A DNA stretch of 34,945 bases from Patellaria atrata CBS 101060. Taxonomy: Eukaryota. The DNA lies in assembly GCA_010093705.1 (NCBI GenBank), contig MU006089.1, forward strand, positions 3,025,561-3,060,505, given 5' to 3'. How positions within the stretch are numbered: the stretch's first letter is position 1; each line of letters begins with the position of its first letter. The notes beneath the pieces are model-generated. The model searched no databases. It was not told where the DNA came from and worked only from the letters and a program-made list of their open reading frames with translations. The translations under genes were made by a program, and so were the position numbers. This document shows positions 34,846-34,945 of this stretch, piece after piece.

Positions 34846-34945
34846 TCATCCTTCACCACTTCATCTCATCCTTCACCACTTCATCTCATCCTTCACCACT
34901 TCATCTCATCCTTCACCACTTCATCTCATCCTTCACCACTTCATC
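34846..34945 (+). repeat. Perfect tandem repeat of the 20-bp unit TCATCCTTCACCACTTCATC, 5 copies, truncated by the window end
   Basis: Read directly from the sequence; the units are identical and have no spacers. Confidence 0.97.

Noticed and set aside
34846..34945. CRISPR array or telomere
   Set aside because: The units abut with no spacers, the context is eukaryotic, and the unit is unrelated to TTAGGG.

Overview
Eukaryotic DNA from a filamentous ascomycete (Pezizomycotina-like), judged from short GT-AG introns with CTRAY-type branch points and the gene content. Recognisable genes are galactokinase, a TFIIIC WD40 subunit (Tfc6-like), a RING-CH/MARCH5-like ligase, an HSP20, an SRPBCC/Bet v1-like protein, an ankyrin-PH-FFAT-ORD oxysterol-binding protein (Osh1/2 type), a PHD-finger protein, an intron-containing tRNA-Arg(UCG), a two-finger C2H2 transcription factor and a small hypothetical protein. 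Between them lie two convergent secreted Thr/Pro-rich genes, several stretches that may be decayed coding sequence, and a 20-bp tandem array running off the window end. The best leads are: a 34-aa, 9-Cys micro-ORF with a zinc-ribbon-like pattern; a secreted cationic (KPTMT)n pentapeptide-repeat protein; a BrlA/Ste12-like C2H2 gene with three candidate splice donors and 8 upstream CATTCC (TEA/AbaA-type) sites; and an abrupt GC3 shift inside the OSBP gene. No transposon, CRISPR array or biosynthetic cluster is evident. All family assignments come from motif recognition by eye; no searches were run.
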